64,000 nt of DNA, from contig CAVFFT010000004.1 of assembly GCA_963621885.1 (NCBI GenBank), forward strand, positions 12-64,011. Direction: 5' to 3'. Of the stretch, positions 37,169 through 45,917 are shown in pieces; within the stretch, counting starts at the first letter, position 1; every line of letters starts with the position of its first letter. The notes beneath the pieces are model-generated. The model did no database searches, was not told where the DNA came from, and was given only the letters and a program-made list of their open reading frames with translations. Position numbers and translations under genes: made by a program. This DNA comes from a bacterium. GTDB lineage: Bacteria > Actinomycetota > Coriobacteriia > Coriobacteriales > Eggerthellaceae.

Positions 37169-39115
37169 GTGGAACTAATGGGCTTCCTGCTGCTTTTCCC
37201 TCTTGCAGTCGCAGCCGTTATCGCACTATTCAGAAACGGCGGATTCCGTAAGACAGTAATCTACATTGCATCAATCGCCATTGCGGGCGCTTCAATTGCG
37301 CTCGTCGTTCTCAATTTGGGAACCACTGGCGAGTACTTCGATTTCGAATCGGAAATCGTCAACGTGGTCTGCACGATTGTCGACTTCCTGATTGGCGCCA
37401 TCGTCGCGTATCTCGCGTGGCGCTACAAGAAATGGCTCGCCTTGGGGCTGGCTCTCATTCAGATCGCGGTCGCGGCGGTGTTCGTGGCCGGCGGCTGGGA
37501 AGAGACCTATCCGGTGACCCAGAGCCTGTACATCGACAGCCTCACGCTTCTGATGACGGCCATCATCGGCGTTGTCGGCTGTTCCATCGCCGTATACGCC
37601 ATCGGCTACATGGATGACCACCATGAGACGCATCCGGAAACCAAAGATCGCCGCGCACGCTTCTTTGCGCTCTTCTTCGTCTTCCTGTCCGCGATGTACC
37701 TCATCGTGTTCTCGAACAACATGATCTGGATGTTCACGGGCTGGGAAGTCACGACGGTCTGCTCGTTCCTGCTTATCGGCTACGACCAGAACCAGGTTTC
37801 CATCACGAACGCCTTCCGCCAGATTGTCATGAACATGCTCGGCGGCATCGCGTTCTGCTGCGCGCTCATCTACTGCGGCGAGGTTCTGCACACCTTCAGC
37901 TTCATCGTGTTCATCACCGGCGGCGCTTCCGCTCCGGCGATGGTGCTTGTTCCGCTCGTGTGCCTCTCGCTTGCCGGCATCACGAAAGCAGCCCAGATGC
38001 CGTTCCACACCTGGCTGCTTGGCGCCATGGTCGCGCCCACGCCGACGTCCGCGCTGCTCCACAGCTCGACGATGGTCAAGGCCGGCGTCTTCCTGCTGCT
38101 GAAAATGGCTCCCATCTACGCGGTGAGCCTTGTTCCGTCGTTGATGCTCATTCTCATCGGCGGCCTGACCTTCTGCTTCTGCTCGATGCTCGCCATTTCG
38201 CAGTCCAATGCGAAGCGCGTGCTTGCCTACTCGACGATCGCGAACCTTGGCCTGATCGTGGCCTGCGCCGGCGTTGGCAGCCCTGAGGCCGTCTGGGCGG
38301 GCATGTTCCTGATCCTGTTCCACGCGGTCGCGAAGTCGCTGCTCTTCATGTGCGTCGGTACCGCGGAGCATCACATCGGCTCTCGCGACATCGAGACGAT
38401 GGACGGCCTGTTCCAGCGCATGCCGCGCCTCGCACGCTACATGATGCTCGGTATCATGATCATGTTCATCGCACCGTTCGGCATGATGATCGCGAAGTGG
38501 GGCACGCTCGTGTCCTTCCTCGAGGCGACGCCGCCTCAGGTGCTTCTGATCCTGCTGCTGGCCTTTGGTTCCGCCGCGACCTTCCTGTTCTGGGCCAAAT
38601 GGCTCGGCAAGCTTTCCGCCATTGCCGGCAACCCCGACAACATCGAGGGCACCGTTCATACGAGCGAATGGATTGGCGTGGGCCTCATGGTGATACTGTG
38701 CATCGCCTGCTGCATCTGCATGCCGCTGATTTCGGACGGCATCGTGCGTCCGTACATCGAGGGCATGTGGGGCCAGTTCCACACGGTCCTTTCGAGCGAC
38801 AACCTCTGGATCGCAAGCATTTGCTCGATCTTTGTGGTCTGCGTCCTCTTCGGCGCGCTCGGTCGTCCTTCCAAGAAGAAGAAGGTGGGCATCTACCTTT
38901 CCGGCGTTTCCGCCGACAACGAGGCGCGCGTGTTCCGCAACTCCATGTCGGGCACCAGCATGGCGACGAGCCGCAACTGGTACATGGAAAGCTTCTTCGG
39001 CGAAGCGGTGCTCAATTCGCCCGGCACGATCATCTGCTCCGCGATTATCATCATCGCCTTCGTGATTGCTCTCTTAATGTCATTCGCTGGCATTTCGATT
39101 CCAGGCCTTGTGTAG
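37169..39115 (+). CDS. echA: Ech-type hydrogenase membrane subunit A (NuoL/HyfB-like proton-translocating antiporter module)
   Basis: 648 aa polytopic with antiporter-like core (…WEVTTVCSFLLIGY…, HSSTMVKAGVFLL…, FHAVAKSLLFM…); first gene of the six-gene cluster. Confidence 0.8.
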   Translation: MELMGFLLLFPLAVAAVIALFRNGGFRKTVIYIASIAIAGASIALVVLNLGTTGEYFDFESEIVNVVCTIVDFLIGAIVAYLAWRYKKWLALGLALIQIAVAAVFVAGGWEETYPVTQSLYIDSLTLLMTAIIGVVGCSIAVYAIGYMDDHHETHPETKDRRARFFALFFVFLSAMYLIVFSNNMIWMFTGWEVTTVCSFLLIGYDQNQVSITNAFRQIVMNMLGGIAFCCALIYCGEVLHTFSFIVFITGGASAPAMVLVPLVCLSLAGITKAAQMPFHTWLLGAMVAPTPTSALLHSSTMVKAGVFLLLKMAPIYAVSLVPSLMLILIGGLTFCFCSMLAISQSNAKRVLAYSTIANLGLIVACAGVGSPEAVWAGMFLILFHAVAKSLLFMCVGTAEHHIGSRDIETMDGLFQRMPRLARYMMLGIMIMFIAPFGMMIAKWGTLVSFLEATPPQVLLILLLAFGSAATFLFWAKWLGKLSAIAGNPDNIEGTVHTSEWIGVGLMVILCIACCICMPLISDGIVRPYIEGMWGQFHTVLSSDNLWIASICSIFVVCVLFGALGRPSKKKKVGIYLSGVSADNEARVFRNSMSGTSMATSRNWYMESFFGEAVLNSPGTIICSAIIIIAFVIALLMSFAGISIPGLV

Positions 39116-39128
39116 AAGGGGGGTTGGC

Positions 39129-40016
39129 ATGTTGTCTGTTGTAACGAATCCGATATTCATGGTTGTTATTGGAACCATTGCTTTTGCGATAGTTGCGCCA
39201 ATCGTTGGCTGCCTGCTCGCAGGCCTCGAGCGCAAGATTGCCGCACGGATGCAAGGACGCGTGGGGCCGTCCATTCTCCAGCCCTACTACGACGTGCGCA
39301 AGCTCATCGAGAAGGATGACGTCTCCGTCAACGGCGCCGATGGCATCTACATCTCTTGCGCCTTGATATTCGCACTGCTCGCGGGAGGCATCTTCTTCTC
39401 GGGTCAAAACCTGCTCCTGTGCATCTTCGTCATCACGCTGAGCTCGCTGTTCTTCATCATCGCGGCGTATTCCACCCGCAGCCCCTATGCGGAAATCGGC
39501 GCGGCGCGTGAAACGATGCAGGTCATGTCCTACGAGCCGATGGTGCTTCTGATGGCAGTTGGCTTCTACCAGGTCACGGGCACTTTCAATGTCGATGGCG
39601 TCTTCTTCCTGAATGGCCCTGCGGCGATCCCGCTTATCGGCGTCTTTGTCGGCCTGATGTTCATCCTGACGATCAAGCTGCGCAAATCGCCGTTCGACAT
39701 CTCCTATTCGCACCATGCGCATCAGGAGATCGTGAAGGGCATCACCACCGAAATGAGCGGCAAGACGCTCGCGCAGGTGGAGATCATGCACTGGTGCGAG
39801 ACGGTTCTGTTCCTTGGCTGGACGGGCATGTTCTTCGTCTGGGGAGGCCCGGCACTTGCTATCGTGGGTGTTGTGGTCGCGCTGATCGCCTGGTTCTTCG
39901 AGATATGGGTCGACAACAATTTCGCGCGTGTGAAATGGAAGTCGATGCTGAAGTGGTCGTGGATTGTCGCCCTCGTTTTCGGCGGCCTCAATGTCGCGAT
40001 TCTCGCTTTCATTTAA
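39129..40016 (+). CDS. echB: Ech-type hydrogenase membrane subunit B (NuoH/HycD-like)
   Basis: Track ORF 39108..40016; ATG 39129 follows GAAGGGGGG. RKIAARMQGRVGPSILQPYYD is the NuoH-type signature. Confidence 0.8.
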   Translation: MLSVVTNPIFMVVIGTIAFAIVAPIVGCLLAGLERKIAARMQGRVGPSILQPYYDVRKLIEKDDVSVNGADGIYISCALIFALLAGGIFFSGQNLLLCIFVITLSSLFFIIAAYSTRSPYAEIGAARETMQVMSYEPMVLLMAVGFYQVTGTFNVDGVFFLNGPAAIPLIGVFVGLMFILTIKLRKSPFDISYSHHAHQEIVKGITTEMSGKTLAQVEIMHWCETVLFLGWTGMFFVWGGPALAIVGVVVALIAWFFEIWVDNNFARVKWKSMLKWSWIVALVFGGLNVAILAFI

Positions 40017-40031
40017 CGGAAGGAGACTGAT

Positions 40032-40475
40032 ATGCCTTTCGCATCCAAATCGCCCTGGGTCATCCATTACGATGCCAGCAGCTGCAACGGCTGCGACATC
40101 GAGGTGCTGGCCGCTTTATGCCCCGGCTATGACGTTGAACGTTTCGGCATCATCAATACCGGCAATCCGAAGCACGCCGACATTTTCCTTGTCACCGGCG
40201 CGGTGAACGAGCGCAACATCAAGGTTGTGCAGGAGATTTACAACCAGATGCTCGAGCCGAAGGTGGTTGTCGCGTGCGGCGCCTGCGCCTGCACGGGCGG
40301 CATCTTCCACGACTGCTACAACGTCCTCGGCGGCGTCGACAAGGCCATTCCGGTTGACGTGTACGCGCCCGGCTGCGCTGTTCGCCCCGAGGCGATCATC
40401 GACGCGGTTGTCCAGGGCATCGCCGTTCTCGACGAGAAGTCGAAGGCTCTCGCGCAAAGCAAGAAGGGAGCGTAA
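40032..40475 (+). CDS. echC: Ech-type [NiFe] hydrogenase small subunit (NuoB-like, proximal 4Fe-4S)
   Basis: SCNGCDIE..., ACGACACTGG..., PGCAVRPE Cys pattern; ATG follows GGAAGGAG. Confidence 0.85.
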   Translation: MPFASKSPWVIHYDASSCNGCDIEVLAALCPGYDVERFGIINTGNPKHADIFLVTGAVNERNIKVVQEIYNQMLEPKVVVACGACACTGGIFHDCYNVLGGVDKAIPVDVYAPGCAVRPEAIIDAVVQGIAVLDEKSKALAQSKKGA

Positions 40476-40479
40476 GAAC

Positions 40480-41028
40480 ATGGCTCTTGAACATCGCTTC
40501 ATAGATATGGAAATCGCGGACATCACCCGCATTAAGGACGAGAAGCTCGTCGATGGCTGGCGCGCCGTGCAGATTCTCTGCACGACCTGCGACGATGGGC
40601 TTGAAGTCGTCTACAGCTACACGAAGGGTGATGTGCTCGAGAACTACATCGTCCATGGCGTGAAGAAAGAGGACGAGATTCCGAGCATCACCGACGCGTT
40701 CATCGGCATGTTCCCCTTCGAGAACGAGGCGCGCGAGCTTTTCGGCCTGAACGTAAAGGACATCGCAATCGACTTCGATGGCAACTTCTACGACCTCGCA
40801 CAGCCGGAACCGATGACCATCCTCTCCGCTGAAAAGATCGCGGCGAAGGAGAAGGCTGCGAAGGTGGCAGCGGCAAAGGCGGCTGCAGCTGCCAAGCGTG
40901 CTGCGGCGGCGAAAGCGAAAGAGGCCGCCGAGGCTGGCGCGGAAGCGCCCGACGCGCCCAAGGCTCAGGAAGCAGCTCCTGCTGCCGAGGCCGAGCAGCC
41001 CGCAGCGCAGGCGAAGGAAGGGGAGTAA
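40480..41028 (+). CDS. echD: Ech-type hydrogenase subunit D (NuoC-like) with a 66-aa Ala/Lys/Glu-rich tail
   Basis: In-frame ATG 40480 within track ORF 40225..41028. About 115 aa of ordered domain, then AEKIAAKEKAAKVAAAKAAAAAKRAAAAKAKEAAEAGAEAPDAPKAQEAAPAAEAEQPAAQAKEGE. Confidence 0.7.
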   Translation: MALEHRFIDMEIADITRIKDEKLVDGWRAVQILCTTCDDGLEVVYSYTKGDVLENYIVHGVKKEDEIPSITDAFIGMFPFENEARELFGLNVKDIAIDFDGNFYDLAQPEPMTILSAEKIAAKEKAAKVAAAKAAAAAKRAAAAKAKEAAEAGAEAPDAPKAQEAAPAAEAEQPAAQAKEGE

Positions 41029-41031
41029 GCC

Positions 41032-42120
41032 GTGTCTAAAGCAACTATCATCCCGTTCGGTCCGCAGCACCCGGTCCTTCCCGAACCGCTTCATCTCGAC
41101 CTTGTCATCGATGACGAGAAGGTCGTCGAAGCCGTACCGCAGATCGGCTTCGTGCATCGCGGCCTTGAGAAGCTCACCGAAACGCGCGACTACAACCAGT
41201 TCATCTACGTGGCTGAGCGCATTTGCGGCATTTGCGCCTTCGGCCATTCCATGGGTTATGCGGAGACGATCGAAAGCCTGATGGGAGTCGAGATTCCCGA
41301 GCGTGCGCAGTACATCCGCGTGATTCTCCACGAGCTTTCGCGTGTCCATTCGCACATCCTCTGGATGGGCCTTGCGGCTGACGCCTTCGGTTACGAAAGC
41401 CTTTTCATGCATTGTTGGCGCCTGCGTGAACGCGTGCTCGACCTCTTCGAGCTGACGACCGGCGGCCGCGTCATCTTCTCCGACGTTTGCGTCGGCGGCG
41501 TAAACCGCGACCTGACGCCCGATATGCAGCGCAAAATGGTTGAGGTGCTTGATGGCCTCAAGGGCGATTACGCCACGCTGTGCAACGCCTTCCTGAATGA
41601 CACTTCGGTGAAGAGCCGCCTCGTGGGCGTTGGCGCCATCACGCAGGAAGCCGCGTTCGCCCAGGGCATGGTGGGTCCGTTCGCCCGCGCGTCCAATGTG
41701 AACAACGACGTTCGCTGCTACGGCAACGGCGCATACGGCAAGCTTTCCGACTTCCAGCCGATTCTTGAGACCGACGGCGACTGCTACGCCCGCGTGAAGG
41801 TTCGCGCGCTTGAGGTGCTCCAGTCGATCGACATCATCGAGGAGCTCCTGAAGACGATTCCCGATGGCGATATTGCCGTGAAGGTGAAGGGCTCGCCGAA
41901 GGAAGGCGCGCAGGCGACCAATACGCTTGAGCAGCCGCGCGGCGAATGCTTCTACTACGCGAAGGGCAACGGCACGAAGTATCTCGAGCGCATGCGTATG
42001 CGCACCCCAACCAGCATGAATCTTGCTGGCATGACGACCGCGCTCGCCGGCTGCGACCTCGCGGACGTGAACATGATCGTCCTGACCATCGACCCCTGCA
42101 TCAGCTGCACGGAAAGGTAG
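41032..42120 (+). CDS. echE: Ech-type (group 4) [NiFe] hydrogenase large subunit
   Basis: N-terminal Ni-binding motif ERICGICAFGHS and C-terminal DPCISCTER; 362 aa (short, NuoD-like). GTG start follows GGAAGGGGAG. Confidence 0.9.
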   Translation: MSKATIIPFGPQHPVLPEPLHLDLVIDDEKVVEAVPQIGFVHRGLEKLTETRDYNQFIYVAERICGICAFGHSMGYAETIESLMGVEIPERAQYIRVILHELSRVHSHILWMGLAADAFGYESLFMHCWRLRERVLDLFELTTGGRVIFSDVCVGGVNRDLTPDMQRKMVEVLDGLKGDYATLCNAFLNDTSVKSRLVGVGAITQEAAFAQGMVGPFARASNVNNDVRCYGNGAYGKLSDFQPILETDGDCYARVKVRALEVLQSIDIIEELLKTIPDGDIAVKVKGSPKEGAQATNTLEQPRGECFYYAKGNGTKYLERMRMRTPTSMNLAGMTTALAGCDLADVNMIVLTIDPCISCTER

Positions 42121-42126
42121 ACCGGA

Positions 42127-42603
42127 ATGGGAAGCTTCAAACTCGGGGGCATGACCCTCAAATCACTCTTCTCCAAACCTGAGACCATCATGTATCCCGT
42201 GCAGGAGCGGTATCGTCCTGAGGGTCTGAAGGGCCATATCGTTCTCGACACGAGCAGTTGCATCCTCTGCGGCGTGTGCCAGCGTGCCTGCCCGAGCCAT
42301 GCCATCACGGTGGACAAGGAGAACAACAGCTGGAGCATCAACCGTTTCAGCTGCATCCAGTGCCGCGCATGCATTGCTCCGTGCGCGAAGAACTCGCTGA
42401 GCATGGCGGATACCTACACGGCGCCCGCTGCCCAGATGTCGGTTGATACCTACGAGGTGCATCCGCCTGAGCGCCCGGCCCGCAAGGCCAAGGCGGAAGG
42501 GGAGGAGAAAGCCGCTCCTGCCGCAAAGGCTGAGAAGGCCGCCGCTGCGGGCGAGGCGAAAGCTGAGGCGAAGGCGGCAACTGAGCCTACCGCCGAAGCG
42601 TAG
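42127..42603 (+). CDS. echF: Ech-type hydrogenase 2x[4Fe-4S] ferredoxin subunit (NuoI-like) with Ala/Lys/Glu-rich tail
   Basis: CILCGVCQRACP and CIQCRACIAPC clusters; the last 46 aa are PPERPARKAKAEGEEKAAPAAKAEKAAAAGEAKAEAKAATEPTAEA. Confidence 0.85.
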   Translation: MGSFKLGGMTLKSLFSKPETIMYPVQERYRPEGLKGHIVLDTSSCILCGVCQRACPSHAITVDKENNSWSINRFSCIQCRACIAPCAKNSLSMADTYTAPAAQMSVDTYEVHPPERPARKAKAEGEEKAAPAAKAEKAAAAGEAKAEAKAATEPTAEA

Positions 42604-42760
42604 GCCGAATCCGACACCGTAGACGAAGCGAAAGCCGCTGAGACGCCTGCCGAATAGCTTGCGAAAGCGGAATTTGCTGAAGCCTGCAGAGGTGCTTCCA
42701 CTACGCTAAAGGGACGCAGCTTCCTCAGCGTTGGACTAGAGCACAGGATCCTGATAACTT

Positions 42761-42790
42761 GCGCCCTCCCTCGTGAGGGCGCTCTTCTTG
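42761..42790 (+). terminator. Terminator after the ech operon
   Basis: gcgccctc-cctcgt-gagggcgc followed by TCTTCTT. Confidence 0.6.
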
Positions 42791-42972
42791 AAGCCGCAAT
42801 TATCGAGCCGGCCTTCCCTCACGGGTGTCCATGCAGGGAGAGAGCGGCATATTTCGAGCGGCAATCGCGTAGCGGCGCCTCATGCGTGCGAAACCCAATG
42901 AAAGAGCTTCGTTAATTCTTGCTCGCGATATGGGTGTTCGGTGCGTGTGATTCAGCGACGGGCTTGAGTTGC

Positions 42973-42988
42973 TATACTCAAGTTTATG
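42973..42988 (+). promoter_or_regulatory. -10 element placed for a leaderless pgsA transcript
   Basis: TATACT at 42973-42978, 7 nt before the ATG at 42986; no SD upstream of that ATG. Confidence 0.3.
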
Positions 42989-43651
42989 CGTATTTACGAG
43001 GAGACATATGCAAGCGCGCCCGCGCCCGATTCTGAGGTGAGCAACCGCATCTTCACCGCGGCCAACATCATCACCTTCGCGCGCCTGTGCCTGATACCCG
43101 TTTCCCTCTATCTGCTCTTCCAGGGAGCCAATGTGGAAGCGGCCGTTCTCTTCGGCATCACGGCGGCGACCGACTTTCTCGACGGCCTTGTCGCACGCAA
43201 GACAAACACCGTTACGCGATTGGGGCAATTGCTCGATCCGCTTGTCGACCGCGTGCTGATTATCGGCGCGGTCGTTGGCCTTCTCATTGTCGGTCGCCTG
43301 CCTTTATGGACAGTCGCGCTTGTAATCCTGCGCGACCTCTACCTGCTTATTGGCGGTGCCATCCTCCTGCGGCAGTCCATCCGCGTGCCTGTGAGCTACG
43401 TCGGCAAGACGAGCATGTGGTTCATTTGCATCGGTTGTGCGGGACTCATTCTGAATATGCCAATGGTGCCCGGCCTGGGCCTCTGCGAATGCGCGTTTCT
43501 TCCCGGCTTTAATTCCGCGGAATGCTGCGCGTTTATCTGGGTTGTCTATGCAGGCATCGCGCTCGCAATATTCGTTGCAGGCATTTACACGCGTCAAGGA
43601 TACCTTTCCTTGCGCCATGCGCATTCGCTGCGGGAAACAGGGGATCGCTAA
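42986..43651 (+). CDS. pgsA: CDP-alcohol phosphatidyltransferase (phosphatidylglycerophosphate synthase-like)
   Basis: Signature DFLDGLVARKTNTVTRLGQLLDPLVDRV (D-x2-DG-x2-AR...G-x3-D-x3-D); polytopic. Confidence 0.85.
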   Translation: MRIYEETYASAPAPDSEVSNRIFTAANIITFARLCLIPVSLYLLFQGANVEAAVLFGITAATDFLDGLVARKTNTVTRLGQLLDPLVDRVLIIGAVVGLLIVGRLPLWTVALVILRDLYLLIGGAILLRQSIRVPVSYVGKTSMWFICIGCAGLILNMPMVPGLGLCECAFLPGFNSAECCAFIWVVYAGIALAIFVAGIYTRQGYLSLRHAHSLRETGDR

Positions 43652-45903
43652 TGGCAACAGGCAATGGAAATCTCGGCGGGCACAAACCCGCGCGTTCGCG
43701 CTATGCCAATGTACCGGTTCACGCCAACTCGCGCCCGAGCGCGAAAGGCGGGAAGGGTTCGCAGTCCACGTCCGGGCGCAGCAACGCTGCTCCAAAGGCG
43801 CGTAAGGCCGCACCGCGCACGACGCAGAGGAAACGGGTCGCCACTCCAAGCAATACGACGCGAGCCGCTGCCAGCAGCCGCTCTTCCGTAAAGCGTCCGT
43901 CTACGGCAAATAGCCGCCTGACCGCACCGCATCAAAAAGCCCCCAAGCAAGCCCCCCGCAAGAAACAGGGCGCCATCTCGGCGCTTATCGCGCAGAAGCG
44001 TCCGGTTTTCGTCGCGATCATCGCGTTGCTTGCCGCCATTTGCCTTATCGGCGTTATCGACCTGGTTTCTAACGGGAACAAGATCTACCGCGGCGTAAGC
44101 GTGGGCGATGTTGACGTGTCTGGCATGACACGCGAAGAGGCGGCCGCATCGATCGATGCGCGCTACGGCTCGCTGGTAAGCGGAGCGGATGTGCGTATTT
44201 ACGCTGACGAGGATACGAAACAGAAGGCACTTTCCGGTCAAACCGTTGAAGACTCTCAGAATTCTGAAGACGTTTCCGCAGATGACGCGGCAAAGAACCG
44301 CAAGGTGTGGACCTCGACCGCATCCGAACTCGAAGCGCACCTGGATACCGCAGCGCTGGCCGAACAAGCATATGAAGTTGGGCGCGCAGACGGAGGCATC
44401 GGAGCGCGTCTTGCTTCCCAGACCTTCAGCGTCACGATCGAGCCGACCGTGAGCATGAATGACGAGGCGATCGAGAACCTCGCTTACAGCATTGACCGCG
44501 CAATCGGGAACGAGCATGTCGACTATGGCGTCTCGATTGAGAGCGGCGTCGCCACCGTGACCGACGGCCATGATGGCATCGAGGTCAATCGCACGACCCT
44601 CGCACAGGAAATCGGCAAGCAAATGCTGCAGCTCGACTACACCGATGGCATCGTCGCGCATACCGAAGAGGTCACCGCCCATATAACGAAGGAACAGGCG
44701 CAGGAAACCGCCGATTCCATCAACGCCTCCATTTCGCAAGGCGCGACCTTCATGCTCGGCGACACGACCTGGGAGGCGGGAACCGCCGACCTCGGAGCGC
44801 TCATCGTGACGGAAGAGAAGAGCACGGACGACGGCGGGTGGGAGCTTGCCGTGTCCTATGACGAGGCTCTGACGAAGAGCGCGCTCGTCACCCATTTACA
44901 ATCTGCAATCAACAACAAGAATCTCGACGTGGAGTTCGTCAACACGAATGGCGAGATAACCGTCAAGACGGCCCTAGCCGGCACGATGCCCGATACCGTT
45001 CAGGCGCTTTCGGCGTTGACGCAACAAACGCTTGAGGCAACCCCTGAAGCGACACCGGTCATTCAAGTCGCGGAAACCGAAATCCCCACGTCAATGACCG
45101 TTGATGAGGCGCTGGACTACGGCCTCATCAGCACCATCTCCTCTTATGAAACCGAATACACGGCCGGAGCCTACAACCGCAACACGAACATTCACCTGGC
45201 GGCCGACCTGCTGAACAACTCGATTATCAAGGCGAATGGCGGCACCTGGTCATTCAATGACATCGCGGGTGAATGCAACGAGGAGAAGGGCTTCCTCGGT
45301 GCCGGCTCCATCGTCGACGGACAGGTTACCGATGAGGTAGGCGGCGGCATTTGTCAGGTCGCCACGACGGTATTCAACGCGGTATACGAAGCGGGCTATC
45401 CGGTCGATGAGCGCACGAACCATTCGCTCTATATGGCAAGCTATCCCGCCGGGCGTGACGCCGCGGTCAGCTGGCCGGATCTCGACCTCGCCTGGCACAA
45501 CGACACTGGCAACGACATTCTCATGCAGACCTCCTGGACCGAAACCACCGTGACGGTGACCCTTATCGGCGTCGACCCCGGTTATGTGGTGGAATCGGAA
45601 ACGGGCGAATTCAAGGACGGCGCCAAGTACTCGACCCGCACGGTGGAGGACGACAGCCTGGCCCAAGGCGAAACCGAAGTGACACAGGCGGGCGCGAACG
45701 GCTCATCCATTGAGGTCACCCGTACGGTCAAAGACTCATCTGGCAACATCGTGCGAAAAGACACCTTTGAGTCAGTGTATGATGCGCAAGATGAAATCAT
45801 TTCGGTCGGTCCCGGCACGAAAGTGTCATCCTCGACAGACAGCGATTCGGACGGCAGCGACAGCGGCCTGTCCGATGATACTGATGATGAAAGTAGCTAT
45901 TAG
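43651..45903 (+). CDS. VanW-family protein with basic disordered N-terminus, one TM, VanW domain and G5-like C-terminal domain
   Basis: In-frame ATG 43651 overlaps the pgsA stop (TAATG). GGGICQVATTVFNAVYEAGYPVDERTNHS...YPAGRDAAV is the VanW core. C-terminal ...TEVTQAGANGSSIEVTRTVKDSSGNIV... looks G5-like. Confidence 0.8.
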   Translation: MATGNGNLGGHKPARSRYANVPVHANSRPSAKGGKGSQSTSGRSNAAPKARKAAPRTTQRKRVATPSNTTRAAASSRSSVKRPSTANSRLTAPHQKAPKQAPRKKQGAISALIAQKRPVFVAIIALLAAICLIGVIDLVSNGNKIYRGVSVGDVDVSGMTREEAAASIDARYGSLVSGADVRIYADEDTKQKALSGQTVEDSQNSEDVSADDAAKNRKVWTSTASELEAHLDTAALAEQAYEVGRADGGIGARLASQTFSVTIEPTVSMNDEAIENLAYSIDRAIGNEHVDYGVSIESGVATVTDGHDGIEVNRTTLAQEIGKQMLQLDYTDGIVAHTEEVTAHITKEQAQETADSINASISQGATFMLGDTTWEAGTADLGALIVTEEKSTDDGGWELAVSYDEALTKSALVTHLQSAINNKNLDVEFVNTNGEITVKTALAGTMPDTVQALSALTQQTLEATPEATPVIQVAETEIPTSMTVDEALDYGLISTISSYETEYTAGAYNRNTNIHLAADLLNNSIIKANGGTWSFNDIAGECNEEKGFLGAGSIVDGQVTDEVGGGICQVATTVFNAVYEAGYPVDERTNHSLYMASYPAGRDAAVSWPDLDLAWHNDTGNDILMQTSWTETTVTVTLIGVDPGYVVESETGEFKDGAKYSTRTVEDDSLAQGETEVTQAGANGSSIEVTRTVKDSSGNIVRKDTFESVYDAQDEIISVGPGTKVSSSTDSDSDGSDSGLSDDTDDESSY

Positions 45904-45917
45904 GAAAGGAGCAAGTC

